Assembly (NCBI GenBank): GCA_963819175.1
Contig: CAWFVJ010000021.1
Span: forward strand, 129,632 to 193,631
Reading direction: 5' to 3'
Length of the DNA: 64,000 nucleotides
Source: an uncultured Acidobacteriota bacterium
GTDB taxonomy: Bacteria > Acidobacteriota > Terriglobia > Terriglobales > Acidobacteriaceae
The notes below the pieces were generated by a model that made no database searches, was not told the origin of the DNA, and was given only the letters and a program-made list of their open reading frames with translations. Made by a program: the position numbers and the translations under genes. Shown here one piece after another: positions 17,062-27,325 of this stretch (positions are counted from its first letter, which is position 1; each line of letters opens with the position of its first letter).

Positions 17062-17228
17062 CGCCGATACCTCCCGACACTGCCTTGTTGGTATCGCAAG
17101 CAAGGTGCCATTTGCCCTGGGCGCACAAATGCCGGTTTTGGGCGCTTTCACCGGAGAGCGACGTTCAAAAGGGAGAGGCGATGAAGGCAAAATTTACCAA
17201 GGTACGCAGGAAGTTCCTGCGAAAGTCG

Positions 17229-17480
17229 AGAGCGGTTCCTCAGTTGCTATATCCGGTGTTCCCGAAAGGCGTCATCCCGACCGGAGCGCCTAGCGCCCGC
17301 AGGCCGGAGCAGCCAAGCTGCGTACCCGATTGCAGTCGATAAGCAAGAAGCTATTCAAGCGCGAAGCGGAGAGATCTTGTGTTTTTCGGCAAACCACAAG
17401 ATTTCTCGACTCGCGCCAAAACACGGCGCTCGCTCGAAATGACGTTGATTTCCGGATACAGCATCTCGGGAAGCGCTCTA
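17229..17480 (+). mobile_element. MITE-like element, long form, copy C (252 bp)
   Basis: AGAGCGGTTCC..GGAAGCGCTCTA. Aligns with copies A and B. Confidence 0.6.
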
Positions 17481-17546
17481 AGCAAGGAAGAGAACAGCTG
17501 GAGCATTCCCGAAACACTCGGGAGCAGTTCGCTCCAGCCATGCTGG

Positions 17547-17777
17547 CTAACTTCTCGACGGCATTGCGAGAACGTTCTCCATGGATGTCTTTTCCACCCA
17601 ATAGGAGATCATCAGCAGGTCCGATGAGGTAAACTCGACGTTTTCGGGGCGGGGGGTCCCGTCATTGAAGATGTGTGCGTCAAGGATGACATGAAGTAAT
17701 GGGAGAGCAATACCGAGTGCCTCGGAGGCCTCTCTCTCGTTGTAAAGCTGTTTCGATGGCATTCTTAAGTTATGCAT
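17547..17777 (-). CDS. hypothetical 76-aa protein, possible HTH
   Basis: ORF in a lower-GC patch. LYNEREASEALGIALPLL resembles an HTH start. No family recognised. Confidence 0.3.
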   Translation of the reverse strand: MHNLRMPSKQLYNEREASEALGIALPLLHVILDAHIFNDGTPRPENVEFTSSDLLMISYWVEKTSMENVLAMPSRS

Positions 17778-17991
17778 AGTGGCGCGTGTCGAATTGGGGG
17801 ACCATTCCTTTTTACCGGCCTGGCGCGTCCACGCATATCGGGTAAAGTTCTAAGCATCTACTCTGCTTTTGCCTTATTAACCATACTGCCATCGCTTTTT
17901 GGCCCATTAGAGTGCTTAGAGAATCAATGAGAATCAGCCCAGTTAGACCCTAGGGGGACGCTGAAGACGCAGAACCAAGGAAATGCAATTA

Positions 17992-18027
17992 CCCCACGTT
18001 AGCCCAACAGCGGGGCGGAACGTGGGG
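17992..18027. repeat. hairpin module CCCCACG..CGTGGGG
   Basis: CCCCACGTTAGCCCAACAGCGGGGCGGAACGTGGGG, related to 4038-4070. Confidence 0.7.
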
Positions 18028-18162
18028 CACCCGAGGGCAATGAAAAACGCGCCACAAAGCGGGCGCGTTTCGCTATTGCTGAACTGGATTCCGTCAAATG
18101 TTGTCGGGGCGGCGCACTTGCGCCCATTGGGACGAACTCCAGGTCGGAGGTTTTCTTATGGG

Positions 18163-18342
18163 TTAGAGCTTCTCGTAGAAGTCGCAAGCCGAGCAGGAGA
18201 TGTAAACTCCGCCTGGGATGTTGCGCTCGCGATCCTTAACGCGCTTCACAATTCGGGTCGGTTTGCCGCACTTTGGACAATCGGTGCTCTTGGATGTGTC
18301 CATCACCTTCTTGCGGTCTGCAGTCTTCGCAATCTTCGCCAT
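18163..18342 (-). CDS. 59-aa zinc-ribbon protein (below track cut-off)
   Basis: Own translation MAKIAKTADRKKVMDTSKSTDCPKCGKPTRIVKRVKDRERNIPGGVYISCSACDFYEKL. GGAGAAGGA upstream of ATG; CPKCG..CSAC. Confidence 0.6.
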   Translation of the reverse strand: MAKIAKTADRKKVMDTSKSTDCPKCGKPTRIVKRVKDRERNIPGGVYISCSACDFYEKL

Positions 18343-18723
18343 TTCCTTCTCCTCAAAGTCTTTGCCGCAGCCTGCAACCGGACTCCGCCAATCATGGCAG
18401 TTTCGTCGCAGTTGCCGAAGCTTTCACCGGATTCCGGGTCCCCGGACGCGTCGTGGCCAAAAAACAGTTCTTGCCGGAGACCCCGACAGATGGGGCAAAC
18501 TTACCGGGCAGCACCCTGATATTACCATGGACCATTTTGCGTCGAGCCCACGACCGAGTTCCACCTGGCTATATCTGTCGAAGGTCGGCATTGGCTAAGG
18601 AGAAAGCCCGCACGCAAATCTTGGACCGCATCTGTTATATTTCCAGCAGTATTTTCAGCGGCCAGCCAATGCGGTAAATGGTGGGCCAAACTTTGTGGTC
18701 CAAGCTTTCCAGCCACATTCAGA

Positions 18724-19506
18724 ATGGAACTCTTCTCGCCAACGGAGTTTGCCAAGCAAAAGATCCTGTCAGTTCAGGAATACGCTCTGCTTTCCTGGCA
18801 TTCCCTCACAAACCTCTTCAAGCAACCGCGTTATTTTGCGGATATGTTGCAGCAGGCCGACGTGATCGGCGTTGGCTCGCTGCCAATCGTGATTCTGACC
18901 GGCTTCTTCACCGGGGCGGTGCTGGCGTTGCAGAGTGCGAACTCATTGACCCGCTTCGGCGCGTTGTCGTTTACCGGGCAGCTTGTGTCGCTCTCCATGG
19001 TGCGTGAACTTGGACCGGTGCTCACCGGCTTGATGGTGGCGGGCCGCAACGCCAGTGGGATGGCCAGCGAACTGGGCTCGATGCAGGTCACAGAGCAGAT
19101 TGACGCCATGCGTGCGCTCGGCACCGATCCGGGCAAGAAGTTGGTTACGCCCCGGGTCATCTCGACCATGGTCATGCTGTTCTTCCTCACCATCATCTCC
19201 GATCTGGTGGGCCTGTCCGGCGGGTCCATGGTGGCAGTGTTTCTGCTGCGGCTGGACTCGAATGAATATTGGAACTACGCCTGGCGCGCGCTCGACTTCG
19301 GCGACGTAACGATGGGGTTGGCGAAGCCCGTGTTCTTCGGTTTTATCATCGCCACCATCGGGTGCTACTACGGATTGAGCGCCCGCGGCGGCACACAGGG
19401 CGTTGGCCGCGCCACCACCCAGGCGGTGGTTGCCGCCAGCGTTCTAATCCTCGTCATCGACTTCTTCCTGACACGATTGTTGATCGTGATCCTTCCCAAC
19501 GGCTGA
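18724..19506 (+). CDS. mlaE: MlaE-family ABC transporter permease
   Basis: LVRELGPVLTGLMVAGRNASGMASELGSMQVTEQIDAMRALGTDP is the MlaE signature. Confidence 0.9.
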   Translation: MELFSPTEFAKQKILSVQEYALLSWHSLTNLFKQPRYFADMLQQADVIGVGSLPIVILTGFFTGAVLALQSANSLTRFGALSFTGQLVSLSMVRELGPVLTGLMVAGRNASGMASELGSMQVTEQIDAMRALGTDPGKKLVTPRVISTMVMLFFLTIISDLVGLSGGSMVAVFLLRLDSNEYWNYAWRALDFGDVTMGLAKPVFFGFIIATIGCYYGLSARGGTQGVGRATTQAVVAASVLILVIDFFLTRLLIVILPNG

Positions 19507-19507
19507 T

Positions 19508-20338
19508 ATGGCGAACGGAGCTAAGAGCGGCCCCGCGGCCAACGATGCCCGGCAGACCATCGTTTTCGAAAAAGTCAGTATCGGCTTTGGAGGACAGCCG
19601 GTGCTGCAAGAAGTTTCCTTCGCGCTTGATCACGGCGAAACCAAAATCCTGCTGGGCGTGAGCGGTTCGGGCAAGACACTTATCCTTAAGCTTGCGCTTG
19701 GGCTCATCAAGCCGGACAGCGGGCGGATCTACGTCCTCGGCCACGAAATCACGCAGTTGAAGGAAGACGACCTGTTCGAGTTGCGCCGAATGATGGGCAT
19801 GGTCTTCCAGGAGAGCGCCCTGTTCGATTCGCTCACGGTCGAGGAAAACGTCGCCTTCCGCCTCTACGAAGAGCACATTGCTTACGCGGAAATTCACCGC
19901 CGCGTAGTCGAGGCGCTGCGGTTCGTGGAGCTGGAAGGCACAGTCGGACTCTACCCTTCCGAGCTTTCAGGCGGGATGCGGCGGCGAGTCGCCATCGCGC
20001 GCGCAATCATCGCCGAACCGCAAGTCCTGCTCTACGATTCGCCAACCGCCGGACTCGATCCGGTCACCTCAACCACGATCATTGAATTGCTGGTTAAACA
20101 GAGGGACGTTTACAAAACCAGCGCGCTACTGGTTACACACCGGCTGCAAGATGCGTATCTGATGGCCACGCACAACTTCAACCGGCAGACGAACAGGATG
20201 GAACAGGTCCCCGAGGGGGGGCATGTCAATATGCACACCAGCTTCATCCTGCTGCGCGACTGCCGGATTATCTTCCAGGGCACCGCGGGCGAACTGGCCA
20301 ACTCGACAGATCCGTATATACGCGACTATCTGAGCTGA
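19508..20338 (+). CDS. mlaF: MlaF-type ABC transporter ATP-binding protein
   Basis: Walker A GVSGSGKT, signature LSGGMRRRVAIARA, Walker B LLYDSPTAGLDP. Starts 2 nt after mlaE. Confidence 0.9.
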   Translation: MANGAKSGPAANDARQTIVFEKVSIGFGGQPVLQEVSFALDHGETKILLGVSGSGKTLILKLALGLIKPDSGRIYVLGHEITQLKEDDLFELRRMMGMVFQESALFDSLTVEENVAFRLYEEHIAYAEIHRRVVEALRFVELEGTVGLYPSELSGGMRRRVAIARAIIAEPQVLLYDSPTAGLDPVTSTTIIELLVKQRDVYKTSALLVTHRLQDAYLMATHNFNRQTNRMEQVPEGGHVNMHTSFILLRDCRIIFQGTAGELANSTDPYIRDYLS

Positions 20339-20356
20339 GCGGAGTTCGCCAGGGGC

Positions 20357-20812
20357 TCAGCCTTTTGCCATCTTCTTGCGCATTTCGGAGATCACCCGTA
20401 CACGCTCCAGGGTCGCTTTGACCTTTGCGCGCGCAGCCTCGCTGCGATTCAACAAGGTCTCTATGTTCTTGAGGAATTCCGGCGCCCCCATGCCCTCGCG
20501 GATCTTGGGAAGAAAGGGATGTAACTTGGAGAAAGTGAAGATCATTTCGCCGGCGCTATCGAGGAACAGCTCTTCATGCAGCGCGCCCCGCAAAACCAAA
20601 CTCGCAGCCATATCCCAGTAGCTGACCACCTGGCGCATGTATGCGTTCTCGTCGGTTCCCCAGGCCTGCATCAGCCGCAGAACTTCGTCCGCCGACTGCG
20701 GGAAGAAGGTGTTTACGAAATCTCTTGCTTTGCGCATCACCGGCTCGCGCCGGAGGTCGTAAAGCTTCAGGATTAATTTGGCGTCGTCGGGAGTGGCGCT
20801 TCGTGGTTCCAT
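20357..20812 (-). CDS. hypothetical protein (151 aa)
   Basis: Coding-looking from MEPRSATPDDAKLILKLYDLRREPVMRKAR. The track extension to 21046 runs into a repeat. Confidence 0.6.
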   Translation of the reverse strand: MEPRSATPDDAKLILKLYDLRREPVMRKARDFVNTFFPQSADEVLRLMQAWGTDENAYMRQVVSYWDMAASLVLRGALHEELFLDSAGEMIFTFSKLHPFLPKIREGMGAPEFLKNIETLLNRSEAARAKVKATLERVRVISEMRKKMAKG

Positions 20813-20908
20813 GCTGCCTCCATGGTGAATGAAAATCCAAACCCGCCGAGAACCGGCGGGGCTGGGGTTTAGAACAGTTGGGGAGATGCTGTGCCCCGAG
20901 AGATGAAC

Positions 20909-21018
20909 GTCATTCCGAGCGAGTGACGCATTGTGTCGCGAGTCGAGGAATCTTGTGTGTTCTTCTTGCTGCAGAACCACAAGATCCCTCCACTCCGCTT
21001 CGCTTCGGTCGGGATGAC
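20909..21018. repeat. palindromic repeat variant GTCATTCCGAGCGAG..GGAATCTTGTG..CACAAGATCCC..GGTCGGGATGAC
   Basis: Same core as the centre of the MITE-like elements. Confidence 0.75.
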
Positions 21019-21128
21019 GCCTTTTGTGAACAATGCGATGCACCAACGGTGGAATGGGTCTAGAACAAATTCGTGAGCCACCTTACCAACAAGGAAACCG
21101 CTCTCGAGCCCAGTTAAGCGGGCGATGC

Positions 21129-23667
21129 TCAGGCCGAAGCCTTTTCCGCCGGCGGTGCCACCCGGCGGGAATAATCGCACGGCTTTGCCAGTTCGATGGG
21201 CGCAGCCTTCTTCTTGCCTTTGCCTTTCGCCGGCGACGTGGCCTTGCCGTTCGGACAGACCAGAAATGTGCCGTCCTTGGTTATCTTTTCCACCAGATAT
21301 GAACTGCCGCAGCTGGGGCAGGTCTCCGCCACCGGCTTGGTTGCCGAAGTGAAATCACACTTAGGATAGTTGGCGCAGCCGTAAAAGAAATTTCCACGAC
21401 GCGCTTTCTTTTCGACCAGTTCACCGTCCTTGCACTTCGGACATTTCATCCCGATAAAGTTCTGCTTTACCCATTTGCATTCGGGGTATCCCGAGCAGGC
21501 GACGAACTCTCCAAACCGTCCGTGGCGCAACACTAGATTGCGTTCGCACTGCGGACATTTTTCGTCAAGTGGAACATCGGGAATTCTCTTTCCCTGATCG
21601 AGCCGCCTCGTGGTCTTGCAATCCGGATACCCGGTACACGCCATGAACTGCCCGAAGCGCCCGCGCTTGAGCACCATCGGACGGCCGCAGTTCTCGCAGT
21701 ACTCTTCCTCCTGCGTTCCCTGCATCTCGGCCCCGTCGAGGTCGGTGAGGTTGATCGGGTTTTCCTTGGTAAAGGTGCAGGAGTTCGCATCCTTCTTGTC
21801 GTAGGTGGAGCAGGCGAAGAACGAGCCGTGCTTTCCCCACTTCAATACCAGCGGTGCGCCGCACCGTTCGCACTTCTGGTCTGTCGGCTTCTCCATGCGC
21901 TTGATGTTTTCCATGTGCTTTTCAGCGTAGGAGAGATCCTCGCTCGAACTTGTCGTAGAACTCCCGCAGCGCGGCGGTCCACTTCTGCTTGCCGTCTTCG
22001 ATCTCGTCGAGTTCTTCTTCGAGACGCGCCGTGTACTGTGGATCGAATATGTCCTTGAAGTTGTCAACCAGCAGATCGGTGACGACCATGCCGATTTCCG
22101 TCGGGGTGAATTTTCCACCGCGACCCGGCGTCTTCTGCACGTACTGGCGTTCCTGGATCGTGCTCAGGATGGTGGCATAAGTCGAAGGTCTTCCGATGCC
22201 GCGTTCCTCGAGCTCCTTTACCAACGACGCCTCGTTGAAACGCGGAGGCGGTTCGGTGAAGTGCTGCTCCGGCTTGAGGCTTCTCAGCTTGAGTTTCTGC
22301 CCCTCGACCAGAGGCGGCAGCTTGTGCTTTAACGCCTCTTCTTCCTCGTCCCTGGCGTCCTTGGCTTCCTCATAGACCTTCAAGAAGCCGTCGAATTTCG
22401 GCACCGTTCCGGTCACGCGGAACTGATGCCGGTCGCCATTCGTCGCCGCATCGATATCCACCGTTGTCTGATCGAAGACCGCCGGCGCCATCTGCGAGGC
22501 AAGGAAACGCTGCCAGATGAGTTTGTAAACCTTCATCTCATCTTCGTGCAGATACTGCTTCAGCCCATCGGGATGCCGCGAAACCTCTGTCGGACGAATC
22601 GCTTCATGCGCTTCCTGCGCTCCCTGCTGCTTGGATTTGAAAACGTTTGGCTGATCGGGCAAATACTGCTTTCCATAATCGCGCTCGATCAGCGCGCGCG
22701 CCTCCGCCAGCGCCTCGTTCGAGACGCGAGTCGAATCGGTTCGCATGTAGGTGATGAGGCCGACCGTGCCTTCGTCGCCGAGATCGACGCCTTCATAGAG
22801 CCGTTGCGCGAGCATCATCGCGCGCTTCACGCTCATGCCCAGCTTGCGCGACGCATCCTGCTGGAATTTACTGGTGGTGAACGGCGCACCCGCATTGCGA
22901 CGCGTCTCGCGCGTCTCCACAGAGCGCACGGTCCAGGCGGCGTCCCGCAGCGCCGCTTCAAGCAGCTTTGCCGCTTCTTCGTTGGGGAGGACGTTAGTCT
23001 TCGGGTTTGTTCCCACCAGACGCGCGTCGAATGCCGGAGGCTTCGGCCCCAGCAGATGCGCGTCCAGCGTCCAATATTCCACGGGCGAGAAAGCCTTGAT
23101 CTCGCGCTCTCGCTCGACGATGAGTCTTAGGGCAACGGTTTGCACGCGTCCCGCGGAAAGGCCTCGGCGAACCTTGTCCCACAACAAAGGAGAGACCTGG
23201 TAGCCCACGATGCGGTCGAGCACGCGCCTGGTCTGCTGTGCATCCACCAGGTTTTGATCGATCTCGCGAGGATGCCGGAACGCCTCCTGGACGGCCCTTT
23301 TGGTGATCTCATTGAAGCTGACGCGTACGATGTGCTGGGCCGCGCCCTTCTTGCTCTTGGCGCCTCCGTTACCGAGTTCCCCGGCCAGGTGCCACGCAAT
23401 CGCTTCGCCCTCGCGGTCCGGATCGGGGGCCAGGTAAATTGTGTCGGCATCCTTGGCAAGCTTCTTCAGCTTGGCCAGAACCTTTTCTTTTCCGGGAATA
23501 ACCAGGTATTCGGCCTCGAAATCATTTTCAACGTCAACACCAAGATTGCTCTTCGGCAGATCTTTTACGTGCCCCAGAGAGGCTTCCACTTCGAATCCGC
23601 TTCCCAGGTATTTTTGAATCGTCTTTGCCTTGGCAGGCGATTCGACGATGACTAATCCTTTTGCCAA
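21129..23667 (-). CDS. topA: DNA topoisomerase I, reading frame broken once near 21938
   Basis: N-terminal 581-aa ORF has Toprim and catalytic domains. The C-terminal ORF has four C4 zinc-ribbon repeats (CERCGAPLV, CENCGRPMV, CPQCERNLV, CPKC..CPSCG). Dropping one G from CGAGGATCTC restores ..EFYDKFERDLSYAEKHMENIK... Confidence 0.92.
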
Positions 23668-23821
23668 AGTAACCCTCTACACCTCTAAAAAACTTTTGCG
23701 TAAACTTCCTGGCGGCAAATCAGCACGCCTTGAATCCAATTGAAGCTAGCACGAGAAAGCAAAAATCACAAAATCGGAAGGCTCGACCGACATGCCCGGA
23801 AGAGCAATGGCTTCTTGCAAA

Positions 23822-23888
23822 GTCATTCTGAGCGAGCGTAACGGGCCAAGAATCTAATGCATAGATCCTTCGCTGCGCTCAGGATGAC
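23822..23888. repeat. palindromic repeat GTCATTCTGAGCGAGCG..AGAATCT..AGATCCTTCGCTGCGCTCAGGATGAC
   Basis: Imperfect 30-nt arms; family shared with 32925-33006. Confidence 0.8.
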
Positions 23889-23928
23889 ATCCTGAAATTT
23901 ATGCAGCGAACTTGCGAGACAGCCCGGT

Positions 23929-25194
23929 CTAAAAAGTGCGCACGTAGTTTTTGCCCGGAAGTTGCCGAATGCGCCCCGCGAGTTCCAGCTCAAAAAGCGC
24001 GGCAAAAATTTCGGACGAAGAAAAAACGCCTTCCAGTTTCTCTACCAACTCGTCGATATGAATCGATTCGTCGGCCTTGATGAGGGCGTAAACCTTTTTT
24101 TCATTCCCCTCAAGAGGCGTCGGCTGCTCAAACAGAGATGCGGTCGCCGACTCGTTCGATGCGGAAGGTCGCTCGGCTTCAATGCGCAGCCGGATGTCGG
24201 TTGGCAGCTCCTCCCAAACATCTTCCCAGGTCGCCACCAGTTTAGCGCCCTGCTTGATCAACGTGTTCGGTCCCCATGCGAGTTTGTTGGTCACGTTCCC
24301 CGGAACGGCGAACACTTCCCTGCACTGCTCCAGAGCGCAGCGAGCGGTGATGCGGGTGCCGCTGTACTCGCCCGCCTCCGTCACCAGCACACCGCGCGAG
24401 AGCCCGCTGATGATGCGATTGCGAATCGGAAAGTTATGAGGCGACGGCGGAGCCCCCATGGGAAACTCGCTGACCAGCGCACCGCCGTGGGCAAGAATCT
24501 GCTCGGAAAGTTTCTGGTTCTCTCGTGGATAAATAATGTCGACACCGGTCCCGAAGACCGCCACCGTTTTTGCGCGCGCATTCACCGCCCCGCGATGCGC
24601 CGCGGAATCGACACCGCGAGCCATTCCACTGAATATGATGAGTCCTCGAGTGGCAAGGTCGCAGGCCAGCCTCTCTGTCATCCCCAGGCCATAAGGCGTG
24701 GGATGCCGCGTTCCGACGATCGCAATCCCCGGTATGCTTAGCGCCTCGACATTGCCCTGGACGTGCAGCACCGCCGGAGGGTCATAGATCTCAAGCAGTT
24801 GGCGCGGGTAAGCCGGGTCGTCCGGAACCAACAGCGATGCGCCCGCCGTGTGCACCTTCTCCAGTTCCTCGTCGGCGAGCTGCATCGATGACCCGAGCGC
24901 GATCGATTGCGCCGAAGCCGCAGGCAGTCCCGCCGCCTCCAATTCGGTTAACGAGGCGCGGAAGACCTGGCCAACGTTGCCGAAACGTTCCAGCAGCCGT
25001 TTGATCCTCGTGGGTCCAAGGCCGGGAGTAGCGGATAGAGCAAGCCACTCGCGCGTTCGTGCGGCAGAGATTGCAGGAGAAGCAGAGGACACAATAATCG
25101 CTCCGGGAAACTCGGACTGTAGCCCCGCGCACCGATTTCTGTCAAGGAAACAACTGAGAGCGGGCAGTGTACAATCCTGGGTGGCTCCCGACAT
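23929..25194 (-). CDS. dprA: DNA-processing protein DprA
   Basis: IAIVGTRHPTPYG, IFSGMARGVDSAAHRGA, AVFGTGVDIIYP, SEFPMG..P....FP.RNRIISGLS motifs. Start trimmed to 25194 because the track N-terminus overlaps mqnA; the true start could be further in. Confidence 0.88.
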   Translation of the reverse strand: MSGATQDCTLPALSCFLDRNRCAGLQSEFPGAIIVSSASPAISAARTREWLALSATPGLGPTRIKRLLERFGNVGQVFRASLTELEAAGLPAASAQSIALGSSMQLADEELEKVHTAGASLLVPDDPAYPRQLLEIYDPPAVLHVQGNVEALSIPGIAIVGTRHPTPYGLGMTERLACDLATRGLIIFSGMARGVDSAAHRGAVNARAKTVAVFGTGVDIIYPRENQKLSEQILAHGGALVSEFPMGAPPSPHNFPIRNRIISGLSRGVLVTEAGEYSGTRITARCALEQCREVFAVPGNVTNKLAWGPNTLIKQGAKLVATWEDVWEELPTDIRLRIEAERPSASNESATASLFEQPTPLEGNEKKVYALIKADESIHIDELVEKLEGVFSSSEIFAALFELELAGRIRQLPGKNYVRTF

Positions 25195-25210
25195 CCAGCA
25201 CAGGTAGATC

Positions 25211-26032
25211 ATGCGCCCACTAAGGATTTCCGCAATTTCGTTCCTGAACACAGCTCCGCTAATGTGGAACTTCGAGCACCAGCCCACAGCCGAGCTGACC
25301 AGCAATTTTGAAATTTCATATACCGTACCATCGCAATGCGCCCGTGCTCTGCACGAAGGCACCGCCGACATAGGGATCGTCCCGGTTATCACCTACACGA
25401 CAATTCCCGGCCTGGTGGTGATTCCTCGCGTGACCATCGCGGCACGCGGCCCGGTTCGCAGCATACTGCTGATCAGCAAAGTGCCGATCGAGCAGATCGG
25501 AAGCGTCGCGGTTGACAGCTCTTCACGGACGTCGGTAGGTCTGACGCAGGTTCTGCTTACGAAATTTTTCGGCGGCAAGCGGCCTCTGGTTTCGATGCAG
25601 CCAGATCTGAAGCCCATGCTCGCGCGATGCGATGCGGCCTTGATCATCGGCGATCCGGCGTTGCTGGTCAAAACCGATGGCCTCTACTCGTATGACCTGG
25701 CGCAAATTTGGTTTGAGCGCACCGGCAAGCCATTCGTCTTTGCGGTGTGGGCCGTACGGCGGCAAGCATTGGAAGAAATGCAGCCAGGCTTACAGGTCGC
25801 GGAAATTTTTCAGCGCTCGCGCGACGCGGGGCTGCAACCGGAAAACGTCGAACGGATCGCTTGCGACTGGTCGCAGCGCATTGGGCTCTCGCCGGAGGAG
25901 ATCCGCAACTATCTCATGCGCAACATCTACTACGAACTCGACGGGCCTTGCCTTGAAGGATTGCGGCTGTTCTTTGATTATGCAGTCGAGTGCGGCGCGG
26001 CTCCCCAGGCGCCTGCGCTGAGTTTTCTCTGA
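25211..26032 (+). CDS. mqnA: chorismate dehydratase MqnA (futalosine pathway)
   Basis: LRISAISFLNTAPL N-terminus and PF02621-like periplasmic-binding fold pattern (DAALIIGDPAL, PFVFAVWAVR). Confidence 0.82.
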   Translation: MRPLRISAISFLNTAPLMWNFEHQPTAELTSNFEISYTVPSQCARALHEGTADIGIVPVITYTTIPGLVVIPRVTIAARGPVRSILLISKVPIEQIGSVAVDSSSRTSVGLTQVLLTKFFGGKRPLVSMQPDLKPMLARCDAALIIGDPALLVKTDGLYSYDLAQIWFERTGKPFVFAVWAVRRQALEEMQPGLQVAEIFQRSRDAGLQPENVERIACDWSQRIGLSPEEIRNYLMRNIYYELDGPCLEGLRLFFDYAVECGAAPQAPALSFL

Positions 26033-26155
26033 TCGACATTCGTCAGGGGCAATCCTGTTCACCGCAACAGCCATGCGTGAAGATTTCCGATCACTCGGAG
26101 AATTGCCGGCTGTGCGGGTTCGCGTAAAATAGAAGCACCAAGGGACGAGCACGCG

Positions 26156-27202
26156 ATGAGCCTTACGAAGCAAGAAGCACTGGAGATGTTCCGCTCCGAC
26201 GACCTGATCGGCATCGGCATGGAAGCCGACGCGGTTCGCCGCAGATTGCATCCGGACGGCATCGTCAGCTACATCATCGACCGCAACATCAATTACACGA
26301 ACTTCTGCACTGAATACTGCAGCTTCTGCGCCTTCTACCGTCCGCTCAAGGGCAAGCTCGCGTCCGAAGGCTACATCCTGGATTTCGAAACTATCTACGA
26401 AAAGATCCGTGAGACCGTGGAGTTGGGCGGCACGGGCGTGCTCATGCAGGGCGGACTTCATCCGGAGCTGAAGATCGACTACTTCGAGCGGATGATGAGC
26501 GGCATCAAGCAGCGCTTTCCGCAGGTTCATCTGCATTGCTTCTCGGCCTCTGAAATTCTGGCCATCGCCGAGTACAGCGGCATCGGCGTGGAGGAAACCA
26601 TTGTGCGCTTGCGGGCCGCCGGACTGGATTCGATCCCCGGCGGCGGCGCGGAGATTCTCGATGACGAGGTTCGCCGGCGTATCGCACGGCTGAAATGCCT
26701 GACCGATGACTGGCTGTTGGTGCATCGCACCGCGCACCGGCTGGGAATGAAGACGACGGCGACCATGATGTTCGGCGTCGGAGAAGATTACGAACACCGG
26801 GTCAATCACTTCCAGCGCATTTACGATTTGCAGGAGGAAACCGGCGGCTTCACCGCGTTCATCCCCTGGTCGTTTCAACCCGGCAACACTGCGCTCGGCG
26901 GCCGCGGCTGGGACGAGGCGACTGCCGTGGATTACCTGAAGACGCTGGCAATCTCGCGGGTTTTTCTGTCGAACTTTCCAAACGTGCAGGCAAGCTGGGT
27001 GACGCAGGGGCTCAAAATATGCCAGATGGGGCTGCGCTTTGGCGGCAATGACGTGGGGTCGGTGATGATCGAGGAAAACGTCGTGGCTTCGGCGGGCGTG
27101 CACAACTGCACCACGGAAGAAGAGCTGCGCCGCATCATCCGCGATGCCGGATTCAGGCCGGTGCAACGCGATACGCTCTACCGGACGTACTTCCTCAACT
27201 AG
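26156..27202 (+). CDS. mqnC: radical-SAM futalosine-pathway enzyme (MqnC/MqnE family, CofH-like)
   Basis: CxxxCxxC cluster NFCTEYCSFCAF, then GGLHP, PGGGAEIL, MMFG..E. I cannot separate MqnC from MqnE by eye. Confidence 0.78.
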   Translation: MSLTKQEALEMFRSDDLIGIGMEADAVRRRLHPDGIVSYIIDRNINYTNFCTEYCSFCAFYRPLKGKLASEGYILDFETIYEKIRETVELGGTGVLMQGGLHPELKIDYFERMMSGIKQRFPQVHLHCFSASEILAIAEYSGIGVEETIVRLRAAGLDSIPGGGAEILDDEVRRRIARLKCLTDDWLLVHRTAHRLGMKTTATMMFGVGEDYEHRVNHFQRIYDLQEETGGFTAFIPWSFQPGNTALGGRGWDEATAVDYLKTLAISRVFLSNFPNVQASWVTQGLKICQMGLRFGGNDVGSVMIEENVVASAGVHNCTTEEELRRIIRDAGFRPVQRDTLYRTYFLN

Positions 27203-27325
27203 TAACCCGATACCTCCGGGTACTGCCTCGACGCCGCGCTTCAGGTACAATCAGCCTTGGCTGGCCCAAATCCCTGCAATCTGGATCATGTGTTGATCGT
27301 CTACTTCGCGACATTTTTCGTCTTC

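Noticed and set aside
20813-21046. Long N-terminal extensions in the track (20357..21046, 33050..33901, 35516..36439, 38084..40534, 51624..52046, 59063..59764, 62872..63477, 23929..25392).
   Set aside because: The extensions run through repeats or neighbouring genes, are low-complexity, and internal ATG codons with Shine-Dalgarno sequences or signal peptides give canonical protein N-termini.
25194-25211. Very short (16 bp) head-to-head spacer between dprA and mqnA as a regulatory oddity.
   Set aside because: It probably results from an uncertain dprA start. An internal GTG or TTG start would give a normal divergent promoter region.
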